Source of the DNA: Monocercomonoides exilis PA203
Taxonomy: Eukaryota > Protista > Preaxostyla
Reading direction: 5' to 3'
DNA: 64,000 nt
NCBI GenBank assembly: GCA_001643675.2
Contig: LSRY02000050.1
Location: 434,001-498,000 of the forward strand
A program made the position numbers and the translations under genes. The notes below the pieces were generated by a model. The model worked only from the letters and a program-made list of their open reading frames with translations. It was not told where the DNA came from and ran no database searches. Positions 25,004 to 38,592 of the stretch are shown piece by piece (the stretch's first letter is position 1; each line of letters opens with the position of its first letter).

Positions 25004-26340
25004 GTGTTTGCTTGTTTCCGTGAATGTTTCAAATTTGAAGTGTTGAGAAAAGTTTTGAGATTTCAAGATAATTTTGTTATTTGTTCGCTTCTTGAGTGGG
25101 CCATCCAGGCTGAAGGAAGATTGATGGAGGGAATCAAGCTTTCAACAATTCGCAGGTTTTTTGATGATTGGGCGCATGATAATTGAACGCATGAGAGAAT
25201 TTATCGAGGCAACAATGGACAGCATCGTTTATCGAGCATTGAAAGAGATTCTATTCCAAAAGATTTTGAGGCTTAAAGAAGATGAAGAAATTCGAGATGG
25301 CGAAGAAAGATTAATGCAATATGCGGAACCAAACACATGCGGGATTTTGAATTCATTTCAACACATTTATCGTTTGATGTGATTTCCACTTGATGTGTAT
25401 TTTTCCTTCAAGCTGCTTGTTGCATTTTGTTGAAAGTCATCATTTTGGGTTGTTTTGATAGCTGTTGTTGATTCACCGATTTCTGTGTGGATTTCGAGGC
25501 AAACCTTGAAGCCACATGGAAGAAGAAGAAACGAATCAAAAAGACGGAACAGATAACGATAGAAATGTTTGATTTAATTAAGGTGTGTTATCCAATTTAT
25601 TGTTGCATTTGCAATGTTTTTTTTTTTGAAAAATCAACAAAAGAAAAAGAAAGAAAGAAAGAGATCATCAAAAATAAAAATAAGTGAAACATTTTTTGTA
25701 ATGATAATTTCTAATTTTTTCCTTTCCATTCTATCTCTTTTTTTCTTTCACTTTTAGTGTTGCACAGAAGTTCTTTTGACTTTTGCTAATAAAAAATAAA
25801 TGGTTGGGAATAAATGATAAAAGGCAGACTGCTTCAATCAGAGAGGCGAGAAGACGAGCATTTTTTTTTTTGAAAAATGGTATTGCCTCATTTGGAACTT
25901 CATATTCTTCTATTTCTTTGTGTTCTTTTCTTTGATAATTTTTTGGTTAATTTTGCGAATTTCAAAAATACATTTCACTCAAAAACGGATTTGTCTTGCC
26001 GATCCTTATCAATTCAGACTCAGCAACTTGCAGTAACTTGTGAAGACACTCATCCTCATCGTATTTGTTGGCCTGTGTTTTTTTTGACAGCATCTGCCGT
26101 TGAATGTGTCTTTCTTATTTCTTTCCATCAAAATTGTTGAATCGCTCAGAACAATGCTGAACAGCAGCTGGATGGAGAGAAGACGCATTAACAGAATGGA
26201 AATGCTGCTGCATTCAGCTGAGTCTGCTTGCACATGCGAAGGGGAAGAAGGGGAAGAAGAAGAAAGAGAGGAATGCAAAGAGGATGCTTCTATGAAGGAA
26301 GAGGAAGAAGAGGAGATAGAAGAAGAAGATGATGATGTTT
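25004..26340 (+). pseudogene. Fragmented hypothetical gene running into low-complexity repeats
   Basis: Coding-like pieces (IIERMREFIEATMDSIVYRALKEILF; IVESLRTMLNSSWMERRR) in shifting frames. Confidence 0.3.
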
Positions 26341-26359
26341 TTTGCTTTTTTCGTTTCTA

Positions 26360-26670
26360 TCACTTTCTTTTCTTCTTCTTCTTCTTCTTCTTCTTCTTTC
26401 TCCTCCTCCTCCTCCTCCTCCTCCTCCTCTTCTTCTTCTTCTTCTTCTTCTTCTTCTTCTTCTTCCTCTCCTTTTAATTCTATTTCATCATCATCATCAT
26501 CATCATCATCATCTTCTTCTTCTTCTTCTTCTTCTTCTTCTTCTTCTTCTTCTTCTTCTTCTCTGTCGTCCTTTTGATGATGCATTTCATTTTCTTCTTC
26601 TTCTTCTTCTTCTTCTTCTCCTCCTCCTCCTCCTTCTTCTTCTTCTTCTTCTTCTCCACCTTCTTCTTCC
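26360..26670. repeat. (TTC)n/(TCC)n/(ATC)n trinucleotide microsatellite block
   Basis: Directly visible. Confidence 0.9.
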
Positions 26671-27859
26671 TCTCATTTTTTTCTGCTTCATCTTTGTCGA
26701 TCTGTTACTTCCTGCTGGGGCAGAGCATCGACTTTCTGATGCATTTCAGCTGTGCAATCGTCAGCTCAGCAAAATTGAATCCAAAAATTATTTCTTTCAC
26801 AATTCTTCCTTTCAACGTCCATTCACCAAATACGCCTTCATTTCATTTTTCAATCACTATTCTCGTGATGAAAATAGGCCTTCTTAACGACTTTATTTAA
26901 TTTCTTTTTCATCGTATTCTTCTTCTTTGAAGCCTTCTTCAATAAGTGAATAAAATATATTGTTATTTCCATTTCATTCAAATTCTCATCGAATTCGGCT
27001 CTTAGTCTCGCCTTTCATTCCTACTCAGAAAGACGAAAGAAATATTTATTCTATCATGGAATATCAGCAGAAATTATGAGACAACAAAATTAAAGAAACA
27101 ATAAGCGGAGAATAGGCTATTAGCAGTGCAAAATAAAAAAGAAGGAGGATTGTTCTGATTTTTTTTCCATTTGGAAGATGAAAGAATTCACAGAAAACAG
27201 AAAGAACAAGGCAGAAGACGATATTTGGAACAAATCATAATATGGATGATCTTTGAGAGATTGCATAACACAACATGCGCATTCATCAAGCAATCAAAGG
27301 AGAAATGAAGAGAGGAATAGAAATTTATAAGAAAACAAATAAGCGAAGGATAATTCTATGAAATGAGAGCTTCTGCAGCGGACAAAAAAGGTGAAGTGAA
27401 AACAGCAATAGAAATTGAAAGTTTAGAAGAGCTTGTTGATATGATTGAAGAAATGCTATTTGAAGAGAAGAAATTATAGAAAGCATTCTTTTAAGCAGAG
27501 AGTTTTATTTTCATTTGATGAAGAAGCCAAAGCAAATAGAAAATGACGAAGAAGCAATACAACCTGTGCTGATTTAGAGATCAATGAAAGGCAAGTGATG
27601 GTATATGCTTCAGTTGAAAAGAAGATGAAAGCTTATGAATTTTGCAATGATAAGGAAACTGTTCAAAATAAGAAGAAACAATTGAAGAAATCAAAAGGAT
27701 CTAAGAAAAAGTTTATCATTTCGAGTGATTTTTGAAAATGGGGCACGAAATGTGAGAGTGTTTGAGTGGGAGTAAATGAGGAGATGAGAAGAGAGAGAGA
27801 GATAGAGATAGAGAGAAGGAGGGAGGGAGGCATCGCTGAAGGGAGCAATGAAGCCGTTG

Positions 27860-29200
27860 AGGACATACTCCACCGTTGCACAGGAGCTTTGCTGTGTTTT
27901 GTCACAGGCATCGACATCACTTCCATTTCTGGCAACGGTTTTGTTCTGGTTGATGATTGGAAGCTAGCCATTATATTCAGCATTATCAGCTTGTCCATTG
28001 TTCCATTCTCTTTGTGTCGGAGTTGTTGAACCACAATTTTCAAACGGAGATTGTGTTATGCTATTGCCGCTGAAGAACACATCATTGCCTCTGCCGTTTG
28101 TTGCAGTATTGCCATCAAAGAAATAGAAAGTAATGAATTTTACTCCATTCATCCAAGAATAAGTTGAATAGAAAAAATGGCAGCGCCTCCCCATGAAGTT
28201 GAATATAATGTCAATTTGTTATCGATGAACTGACACTCAACGATTGAAAATTGACTTGGTTTGTTGCTTGGAGGATTATTGAATGTGAGAGAACCAGCAG
28301 AATCGTTACCAGGATTTGAGATGCACTTGCATTTGGTGAATAAGAATTGACCGTTTGAAGAAAAATCACCAATATAGAAATACCAACCAGTTCTGCACCA
28401 ATTTATTATTTTTCAATTTTCCGCTCTGTTTCGGAGAATGACCAAATAGAGGATGTCTGTGGATAAGCTGCACAATTCGCTCCTCCTTGAAACGCAGAGC
28501 GACTTGTGAAATTGGATTTTGCAATGTTGACATTTCGCAAATATCTGCAATATAACGTTCCGCCCTGACTATTACATGAACAATTGTTGAATGAACAAGA
28601 AGTGATTGTGAGATTTGCATTTGTGCAAACAACATAAAGTGCACCTCCATGATCACTTCCACCATTTGAATCATACCATTCGCACCATTCAAAGCGATGG
28701 CTGTTTAAATCGAATGAAAACAATCTTCCAGGTGTTTTTCTTTGAGTTCAGTTCCCATATATTCAGCAGGAGCATTTGATGAAGATCGAGTTTGATGGAG
28801 AAAAGAAGCATTGAAGGCTGAGAGAGATGTGGATGGGGTGTTGAGGTTGGGGAGAATGGCACCATCGATGGGGTTGTGGGTGTGGAGGAAGATGGATGAG
28901 TGGATGGAAAGGGATGAGTGAAGAGAGAAGGAGGGGATTGTTTTGGTGTTGGTGGAAGCAAAAGAGGAAGAAGAGGAATAGGTGATTGAGATGAATGAAT
29001 TGAGTGAGTGTGAGGGAAGGGATGGAAGTGATGGATGGGATTTGGGAGAGGAGATGTTTGAGAAGAGGGTGTTTGAGAGATGGAGACTGAGATGAATTTG
29101 GAGGTGGGCATGTAATTGGTGAAGGTGAAGGTGAAGGTGAAGGGATGGGGAAGAAAAGTGAACTGAAATGCTGGTTTATTGATGATGCACATGTTGAATT
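27860..29200 (-). pseudogene. Frameshifted beta-helix (GGA-motif) surface-protein gene
   Basis: FEWCEWYDSNGGSDHGGALYV...TITSCSFNNCSCNSQGGTL and YFFDGNTATNGRGNDVFFSG repeats in different frames. Confidence 0.55.
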
Positions 29201-30001
29201 CACTTCCGGTTTTTCTGTGACAGGAATAACGCAATAATTAAATCACAGTTTTTCACTTTGTTTTTTAACATTTTATTTGCGGATTGTCTGATTTTGTTTT
29301 CAGTGATAAAGAAGTGGAATAAATATTTCACACAATTTTGTTGTTCTATAATCTTTATTATTTCTTGAATATAAGTTTTCATTATTTTTAATAATGCCTT
29401 TTTTGTTAAAAATACAAATTGAAAAAGAAGCTTTGATCTTTATTTATTCTTGAAGAAGAAAATAAACATATTTTTTTTATGTGGAGAATGGATGATAATG
29501 TACAAATGAACATAAAGAGTGAATATTCATTTTCGACTATTTCATTTCTCAACTTAAATTATTATGCTTATTAATATTTATTTATGAATCAATAAAAGAA
29601 ACGGAAAAATTGAGATTTATGAAACATGCGAAAAAACTGTCAAATGAAGGAAATTAACGAATAAAGAACAAGTTTTTTTGAGTAACAACCCCTATAATTC
29701 AAATGTCACCACTCCAGATCAGACATATCCCATTCTCTCTTTTTGAACCGCACTTATTCAAAAGCAAGCAGAAACAAACTGATGAAATTAATATTTTCCA
29801 CGAATTCAATATGAGATAATAATCAAATAATTATTTTTTTAATCAAATCAATTGAATGATTACGCCACATTATTTCTATTTAATCCATTGTATCCAATGA
29901 ATTTTTCTTTGAAAAAAGATGGAAAAAATATTTCATCAATCATTTTCAAAGTTATATAAACATTGATCAATATAGTTTTTTATTGAAAAGTGCTTTTTGG
30001 A

Positions 30002-32497
30002 ATGTTTTTGGGATTAATTCTTCTCAAAATTGTTATAAACATTTATGCGAATGAAGAACCATCAAATCCTCAAACAGTTTACGTGAAGCAAAGTGGGAAC
30101 GAAAGTAACAGCGGTTTGGAGATAGGGCAGGAAAAGCAATCACTGAAGAGTGCATACAATCTGCTGACCAAAAATAGCGTATGCAACATGAAAATAGTCT
30201 ACGATGCAAAACCATTAATTGCAGAAGTCATTGTATTTAGCAACAAACAAAAAATTACAATTGAAGGATGGAAAAGTGATGGAAGTGGAAACACTGAAGT
30301 GGCAATAGATTGTGACGTTCATCCAGGAAGTAATCTATTTGAATTCCGAAGTGATGCGGAAATAAAATACTTAGCGTTTCACTTCCCAACATCATTGTTC
30401 AAAGAAAATGAATCTTCAGATGAGATTTTCTGCTTGATACGTGGATCAAGTGCAACGCAATCAATTAGCAACTGTAGGTTTATTCGCCCTGAAAATGAAG
30501 GATGTTACACTGATATTTATCTTGTGTACGCATCTGGATCATCATTGAAATTGGACTCAGTTGAGTGCTCGGATGAATCAAAAACATTAACATCGAAAAG
30601 AGAATTATTTTATACCACGGGCACACAAGCAGTAATGTTGTCTAACTTGACTTTGAAGAATGTTAAAGCAAACATGGGTTCTGTTTTAAATATCCTTTGT
30701 TACAAGAAATGTGACGTCACATTGAATGGAAGTAATTTCAAGGAATGCGAAGCAAATAGTTACGGAGCATTGTTTGTTTATTTCTCCAACAGTGAATGCA
30801 CATTTACCGTTGGAGATGGAGATGTTACCACTTTTTCATCTTGCAGTAGCAATAATTATAAAGATTCCGGAGGAATATATCTGCAAATGCCAACTATCAA
30901 ATCTGCAAATCAGATTAAATGGCCCGAAGACGGAACGAATCTGATATTTGACAGATGTTCAGCAGGAGAAGGCGAGTCAAAAAGGAATATTGGAATATGT
31001 TTGGAGATGGCTGATGACTCATTATTCGAAGAAATAGCATTTTCAATGAAGAAGAGTTTTGCAGCGAATTACACACGAAGCAGAAACATGTGGAATGTTG
31101 TTGGAATTGCAGAAAATAACGACGAAGAAATTGATTTTGTATCCAAGTTTTTGGATCCATTACTGCCTCCATCTCAAGATGCTTCAAAGATTTATGTGAA
31201 GTCTGGAGGCACTGGGAATGGTGAAAGCTCAGAAAGACCAATCTACAGTTTGAAGGAGGCCAATGAATTGTTGGGAATGATCACAAGAGAAGACATATTT
31301 GGAATTGCAATATTAAAATCGAACGATCCTATCCAAGCCGAGGCAATTACATTTAGTAAGAGCCTTGGAATAATCATTGAAGGAGTGAACAGTGACGGAA
31401 ATGGAAATGTTGAAGTGGCAATCGATTGTGATGCTCGAGGATCGTATGATTTATTCACATGTGAAAAAGAGGTGGAATTCAAGTATTTGGCATTTAATTT
31501 TCCTATTTCTGAGAAAATATGGGATTCTTTAATTTTTGGAAATGATTTGTCTTCGTCACTCACGATCAGCAATTGCCGATTTGTCAGGGTTAGCTCACAA
31601 TCACCATATGAAATGACAACAAATGATAATGAAGATGATTTAGTTGCAGGCAACCTTGTGTGCGTTTGGGGGGGAAAAGTTGCAATGAACACTGTCACAT
31701 GCACCGATAGCAGCAACACAGTTTCGTTTTCTTCATCAACGTTTATTTTCAGGGGAACAAGTGAAGTGTCTTTGAATGACGTGGAGATCTGCAACGTGAA
31801 TTTTTTATACGATTCTGCCATTTTTATTTTGGATTCAGAAGACGAAGCTGTGAAAATTTCTATTGAAGGGCTGAGCATGAATGAAGTGAATTCAGAGAAT
31901 GGAAAAGTGGCTGGCTTGGAGATTTCTTTGAGTTCGAAAGAGTCAACAGTGGCTATCGGAAGAAACGATAAATGTTCATTCAAGTCATGTACAGCGACAA
32001 AGGGGAAAGCGGGGGCAATGTCCATTAAAATGCCAAAGGCAACATCGAATCTTCAGCTTCCTTCTGCCAATAATCTTGAGATTGACAGCTCAAACACAGC
32101 GAATTCAACAGCAAGATCAATATTCATTGTTGCCCCAGATTTTGATGAGTTCTGCAAACAAGAAGGCTCATTCGAATTTGCGAATGATTATGACAATTCA
32201 ACAGCTGGGTGGATTGTGGGAGCAAAAGACCATGAATCAGAGCCAGGAGATGTGTATGAGAAGTACGTGAAAGTGAGACAAGATCGAATCGCTGAGCAAA
32301 ACAGAGAACAAGAGAGAGAGCAAGACAGAAAGCAAAAAGAAAAGAAAAGAAGGATGGTAGTTGCCATTGTCATTCCGATAGTTGTTGTTGCAGTTGTTGC
32401 AGTGGTTGTGGTTGTTATTGTTATTGTTGCCAAGAAAAAGAAGGCCAAACACAATGCAAATGAAAGCAAAGAACAAGAAATGAGCAGCCAAGAGTAG
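30002..32497 (+). CDS. Type I membrane surface protein with two tandem beta-helix-like modules
   Basis: Intronless ORF with a hydrophobic N-terminus. Duplicated modules VYVKQSG...IEGWKSDGSGNTEVAIDCD...KYLAFHFP and IYVKSGG...IEGVNSDGNGNVEVAIDCD...KYLAFNFP. C-terminal TM VVAIVIPIVVVAVVAVVVVVIVIVA followed by KKKK. Confidence 0.85.
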   Translation: MFLGLILLKIVINIYANEEPSNPQTVYVKQSGNESNSGLEIGQEKQSLKSAYNLLTKNSVCNMKIVYDAKPLIAEVIVFSNKQKITIEGWKSDGSGNTEVAIDCDVHPGSNLFEFRSDAEIKYLAFHFPTSLFKENESSDEIFCLIRGSSATQSISNCRFIRPENEGCYTDIYLVYASGSSLKLDSVECSDESKTLTSKRELFYTTGTQAVMLSNLTLKNVKANMGSVLNILCYKKCDVTLNGSNFKECEANSYGALFVYFSNSECTFTVGDGDVTTFSSCSSNNYKDSGGIYLQMPTIKSANQIKWPEDGTNLIFDRCSAGEGESKRNIGICLEMADDSLFEEIAFSMKKSFAANYTRSRNMWNVVGIAENNDEEIDFVSKFLDPLLPPSQDASKIYVKSGGTGNGESSERPIYSLKEANELLGMITREDIFGIAILKSNDPIQAEAITFSKSLGIIIEGVNSDGNGNVEVAIDCDARGSYDLFTCEKEVEFKYLAFNFPISEKIWDSLIFGNDLSSSLTISNCRFVRVSSQSPYEMTTNDNEDDLVAGNLVCVWGGKVAMNTVTCTDSSNTVSFSSSTFIFRGTSEVSLNDVEICNVNFLYDSAIFILDSEDEAVKISIEGLSMNEVNSENGKVAGLEISLSSKESTVAIGRNDKCSFKSCTATKGKAGAMSIKMPKATSNLQLPSANNLEIDSSNTANSTARSIFIVAPDFDEFCKQEGSFEFANDYDNSTAGWIVGAKDHESEPGDVYEKYVKVRQDRIAEQNREQEREQDRKQKEKKRRMVVAIVIPIVVVAVVAVVVVVIVIVAKKKKAKHNANESKEQEMSSQE

Positions 32498-35449
32498 AAT
32501 TGAGATTTCCAATTCTTTCAGAGCAATTTAACGTTTTTTATTTTCATAAAATTTTATTTGTGGAAATTATAGTATTTTTCGAAACTTTTCTTCCTCATTT
32601 ATCGCATTGAAAGTGTGATTATTAGTTGAAACGTTATTCATTGATTTGTTTCATTTCACACACCAATTATAATTCATCATCAACAATTTTTCGTTCAATT
32701 CAGTTGATTGTTTAAATCAACATATGGGTGAAATTTTTTTCAATTGTGAAAAAAACTGAGATTTGTTCCAAACTTTTTCTGCTTTCATTTCATCATGAAT
32801 CAGCAGTAACAATGCAAATAATTACAGATAAACTCAAAAATTGAGAAAAATATTAGAAAGGATTTCATGGAACAAAATTCAAAAAGTGAATTGTTTTGTC
32901 CAAAATCATATCGAATTTTTTGGTTTGTTTCCAATATTATTTCCAATATTTCACAAATAATTATGCAAAACAGAAAAAATTTTCAAACTTAAAAAAAATA
33001 TTCATACGAATTGATGATTTTTCAAATGCACAAAAGATAATAAATTCTATGAAAATAATTGGACTCACATCAATGAGTATTTATAATGAAACCAGATTTT
33101 TTTATTTGAAACAAAAGCAATTTTCAAAAACTTTAAGCCATCAAGGCAAGCAAATCTGTTTCATAACAAGAGTGTGAAAAAGTTTATGAATTTTGTTTTT
33201 GAAACCAATAAAAAAACAACTGGTTTCATTGAAAATACTTGCGTGCATCAAAAACAATACATGAATTAGTTGTTTGTTCTCATAAGAGATTTGATAATGT
33301 TTAAGTGTTTAATGCTCAATTTCAACGAATATGTTTTGTGTTTATTTAATTCAAAAAGAGAAAATTCATCACCTGATAACAAACTATTTTTCAAAGAGTT
33401 GAATTTCAGATTGAACTTATTCAATTCACAATATAATGATTTTGCGAATTTATGATGATTTCAAGTTTGCTAAAGCAATGTTTGGAGAGAAACAAGATAA
33501 TCTATCTCTTCTTTTTTTGTAAGATTGCAATTCGTTTGGAGTTCTGCTAATATCTTTCATCTACGTTTCTGTTGCTCTTTAGCATTTTAAGCATTCCATC
33601 CTTCAATAATAGGCTTTCATCACAATATATATATTTAATAACCATTATATAATTTATTTTTACTCTCATTTTTTTCTTCTTCTTCGCTCGCTTTTCCGAA
33701 GGAATTGGTCCACTTTGACTAATTTTGAAAATTTCTTTGAGAAGAAGAAAAATTCTGATATTTCCAAGTATTTCTGTCTCCGCTTTCGTGATGAATTCCA
33801 TTTGCTTTCCTTCTGCACCGCCTTCTTTTCGATTTTTTGAATCCACCTGTATCGCATCAAGTTTGTCTTCAACAGTATCTTTGATTATCTTCTCTCCGAA
33901 GAGGATCTTTTTGTTAGAGTCAAATACTTCCTTCCACTGCTTGCTCAATTCATCTTTCTCTTCTTTCGATCACTTCTGTTTTGTTCAAACTTCGTATCTT
34001 CGCTTTTTGCGTTCTGGGTCACTGGATTTTCCTTCACTCTCCAGAGATTCGTCTCCTCCTCCTCTTCCTTCTTCCTTTTCCCTTTCCCTTTCACATTCTC
34101 ATCCTCTTTCTGTTTCTTGCTCTTCTCATCTGCTTCATCACAGCTTCTCCTTCTGTTGTATTTTCGAAAAGATGCTGTGCTTTCTCGCTTCCACTCTGTA
34201 CTCAAACACTCCAACAACCACTCCACTCACTTCGCACTTGACTGAAAAACGAAAAATCGAATCGAATTTCATCTCTATCTCCGTCCCCATCACGCTCAAC
34301 GCCTAAGACAGATTGTCAGTTCTGAAGACAGTGCTTTCTTTGGAAGAGGAGGAAGGAAGAAGACGTTGATGAAGTTGAAAGCGCAGAAGAACATCACCAT
34401 TTCAAACCATCAAAAGCGAGCTGTGAATCCGAAGTTCCAAGACTTCTTTATGTTCTTTTTGAGAATATTGCCAATGCTCAAAATAAGAAACAAACGAAGC
34501 TGCGTAGACTTGTATTGGAAATCTTTCAAAAGCATGGGCTGAAACAGATGCTGATGATCTCCATTTCACCCGTCTCAACTTCATGAGAAGGTGCAACGAT
34601 GTTCAACTCATCAAAAACTCCACCAAACATGGGCGAACCTTTCAATCAGAAAAGCAAAATGTTCTCTAAGAATTGCTGTTCTCTTGTTTCATTACTATTC
34701 ATTGTTTTATTGCCTTTTTTTCATTAAAAATCTCGCTTTTGAGATTGTCATCAACTTTCTTCTCCAAAAACCACAAAAAACCGTTTTCCTCATCATTTTC
34801 CAAAACGCCATCCAAGTTTGTTTTCATCTCCTGTCCAGCAAAAATTATGAAAATCATGTATCTTGTGTGACTTCATTTGTTTCCCAATTGCTATTTAATA
34901 ATCTGCTCTATTCTCATCGTATTGCTCTGTATAGAAGAGATTGGCCATTTCAACAATAAGTCTGATTCCTGAGAATTGGAAAAGATACAGATGGAAATAC
35001 TTTCACAATCAATAGAACAATATTTAATACACACGTTCATATATTTCCTTTCAAAATAAAATTCGTTATTATTCCTTGGACAACGAATCACAATAATTCA
35101 TTAGATGGAATTTCAGAATTTTTACATTTCCACCATTTCCAGTTGCCATCATTGGAAATAATTCTTCTAATTCTGTAAAAAATGTTTATTAATTGATCTC
35201 TCGCTTTGTTAACCAATATTCCTTTTGAAATAAAACATTGATCAAAACATCCATAACAACAAACAGAAAAAACAAAGCGTTCTTTTTCTTTGAAATTACA
35301 AATCGAAAAAGTTATCAAAAGATAGAATGGTTTGAATACATATATTTCTTTCATCTTTTGTGAGGTTTAATTTTTCATCTGTTTTCTCCAATCCAATCAT
35401 ATGAACTTTCATTGTGAATATCAAAATGGTGTTGTTTTCTGAATGAAAT

Positions 35450-36874
35450 TTTCTACAAAAAAAAAAAATCTGTATATAGGAGACGGACAACACAAAAAAG
35501 TTCAATGGTTTGCATTCGTTGTTGCATTTGAATTCTGGCTTATTCTGATTAAACTATTTTCTATTAACAGAATTGTTTTGTGAACTTGAACATTGCAATG
35601 AAGAAGAACAGAGACAGAAAATCGAAGAAATGAATGAAATAGTTGATGAAATGAATGGGTATGAATTTAAATTCATTTTTAAGACAAAGCTGTTTGAAAA
35701 AATAGACAAAATGATTGAAGAAAAGAAACTGCAATTGGGAAATGCTACTTGGATACTGAAGCATATTGGATATTGTGTTGTGCTAAAAAATGTATGGAAT
35801 CGATGTTTTGAAGAATCTTTGTTGAACAAAAGATTGTCAAATATGATTATTTATGAAGAGAAGAAAAAAGATGAAAAGAACAAAATACTTTCAGATGATC
35901 TTTGTGAATGCCATCTTTTGTTGAATAAATGTGTTTCTTCAGAGTTGGCTATAATATGTGTACCTTGCGTTCTGAAAGCTGTGTTGCACAAAGAAAAAGA
36001 AGAAGAATCACAAAGGGATGTAGAAATTGCGTTGCTGGCTTTCAGGAACACAAAATATGATGTATGAACATTGTTATTTCCTTTTTGATAATGTTGCAAT
36101 TTTCTAATTTCTAATTAGTTTTTTAGACAAGAACTGTATTTGAAAGAAATTACAGAAATTATCAAAAATCATCAGGAGCATCACAATCTCACACAGCTTG
36201 CCTATCAGTCTGCTTGGGAATTTTTAATAAACAGATTTCACACCAATATATTTTTGGAAGATACAATTTCAAATGAGCTGCATTTTGGAAGAGAAGCAGC
36301 AAGAGAATTGGAAGAGCTGACAAGAAATGTAGATTGGAACAGGAAAAAAGGAGAGGAAGGAGGAAAGGAAGCGAAAGAAGAATTTGCATTGATGAGATGG
36401 GTAGAAACATTGAAGATTTATTTTCAAAGTTGTCGATTGAAGAATGAAGAAAATGTTGGGCTAATCAATCTCATTGTTCAGATATATCAAACAGCAAAGG
36501 ATAATTACAGAGGAATTCGCTTTCAGTGCATTTATTCCTTGAGAAATGCAGCAGAAAAGAGGGTTGTGAGAGTCGAAGACTTGTTGAAAAGTGGTGCTAT
36601 TGATGCTGTTTTGGAGGAGATTCGGCATTCAACATTGAAAGACAAAATATTAAGTAAATACTTGCAATTCTTTTTGAATGTTTCGAAGAAATTGAAAAAA
36701 AAGACGGATAACAAAATGGAAGAAGTTAAAAGAAAGGCAACGAAAAGGAAGGTTTTTGAAAAGATGGAAGAAGAAGGATATGAAGATACCATCACCAGTT
36801 TTCATGAAAGATTGAGTTTTCTCAACCAAAAATATTTAAGAGAATTCTCATTAGATATTTCTGATTTTTTGTGA
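35450..36874 (+). CDS. Expanded alpha-helical family, copy 5
   Basis: Exon ~35570-36061 and exon ~36119-36874 carry all family motifs. Exon 1 and start are approximate. Confidence 0.75.
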
Positions 36875-37042
36875 ATGCTTGAGAAAATAAGAAGTTTTGT
36901 ATTTCATTAATCAAAGATCATATTTTTCAATTTTCATCAAATCACAATTCAACAAACAATTAAACTGTTTGGAAAAATAATCTCATTTCTTTTATAACTT
37001 CGAAATGAAGAAAAGTTGGGAAAGTTGGGAAAGAAGAATTTA

Positions 37043-37082
37043 GGGTGATTTATAAACCAGAACTTTTTTAAATTCCCGGACT
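37043..37082 (+). mobile_element. Solitary pogo-like terminus related to the one at 2771
   Basis: TA|GGGTGATTTATAAACCAGAAC versus TA|CGGTGATTTATAAACCCGAAC. Confidence 0.55.
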
Positions 37083-37316
37083 CTTTTTGTATCATATGCT
37101 GATTTTTCTCACTTTTTTTATTTTTTTATTGTTGTCAGAAAAAAAGGAAAAGTCAGAAATCAGAAATAAAGATTTAATAGAAATACCTAATCTTTGATTA
37201 GGGTGGGGGTTTGCTTATCCATCTCTGATTTATGCATCCCCTGAGAAGATTAGATGATAGTAAAAGTGCTTTCTAAGTATGAATTTGATAGAAAAAATAA
37301 TTCTGCTTTTTTTATA

Positions 37317-37765
37317 CAGTCTGAATCGGATATAATCACATCGGTTTTTGCACAACTTTTTGCGACTTTTACCGATTGTGATTAAATAATATGATAATTT
37401 ACATATAAAAATAAAAAAATTAATTTTTGAAATAATTAATTACGGGTCGATTTTTTTATTTTTGGAAATTCTTCACAAATAAACATTTTTCACTGTAAAA
37501 TAAATTTTTATCATAAATACACATTATTTAAACTTATTTGAGAACATTTTTGAAAAATCGAACAATTAAATTTTTTATTCAAACAATTGATTTTTTATTG
37601 AAAAAATCACCTATTATAATAAAAAATGAGATTATATATTTTCAACTCTGTGATCATATGCGATGAAAAATAAATGAAAAATTGTCCAAAAATGTCGGTA
37701 CATGGAAAAATGTGACTATAACCGAATGTAATTGTATTCGATGTGATTATATCCGTTTTTGACTA
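37317..37765. mobile_element. ~450-bp pogo/Tigger-type MITE
   Basis: TA|CAGTCTGAATCGGATATAATCACATCG ... CGATGTGATTATATCCGTTTTTGACTA, with a 17-bp perfect core. Confidence 0.7.
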
Positions 37766-38592
37766 AATGTTTCAAAAGCCTGCTTAATTATCGTTATCAT
37801 ATATTCTTTGAAAACATAACAATTTTGAATTTCTATTCATTGTTTCTTTTTTGTTCAAAACGTCATTCATTCCGCAAAATTGAATGTTTGTTGTTTTTAA
37901 ATAAAAACAGAAAAGATAAGCACTTCTTTAATGTTGTATGTCCAACAGTTATGTTTGAAAAAGAGAAATTGGAAAAATTCAAGTGTTCTGGAAAGAATTA
38001 ATCTGAAACATTAGTTTTTTTATTAAAATAGTTATATTGACTTTTTTTGATTAATAATCGTTTGGGGTTGAGTTTGCATTAATAAACACTTGTATGCACA
38101 TAACTCGGCTGTGTGGTTTGGACGTGAATCTTCATTTTGGAGTTTTTCACATAGTTATAATGTTTTGCTTTTCATTTTTTTTATAAATTGAAGGGGAAAA
38201 AATTACATAATATTTTGTTGTTGAACCTCATGGGGGTGAGCAATAATCTGGTTATTGGTTTAAAAAGTGAGCATTGAACTGACATTTAGGTTTTATTTAA
38301 GCACGACTCATTTTTTATTATTTTTATCTGTTTTTTTTTTTGTGTTTTTCGTTACAGTTCTTTTCATCCAAATAAAAACGCATTTTGTTTATCGTTTTCT
38401 TCAATTTTTGACTTCACTGACTTGATATAAATTAATGACTGGTGACAAAGAAGCGGCATTAACATCCCAATTTTGAGAGTCAAGTTAATTTAAAAATTTG
38501 CGATAAATATTATTTTTGGAAATATTCAAAAAGAACTTGAAATTAGTTCATTTTTCATATTTGGCTTATTTATTATAAAAAAATAACAAACA

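Noticed and set aside
31243-32025. Long antisense ORFs (also 54753-55568)
   Set aside because: Shadows of the opposite-strand CDS, with no independent motifs
34400-34600. Kinase-like NFGFTA segment on the minus strand
   Set aside because: No HRD, VAIK or APE motifs could be recovered; too degenerate to call
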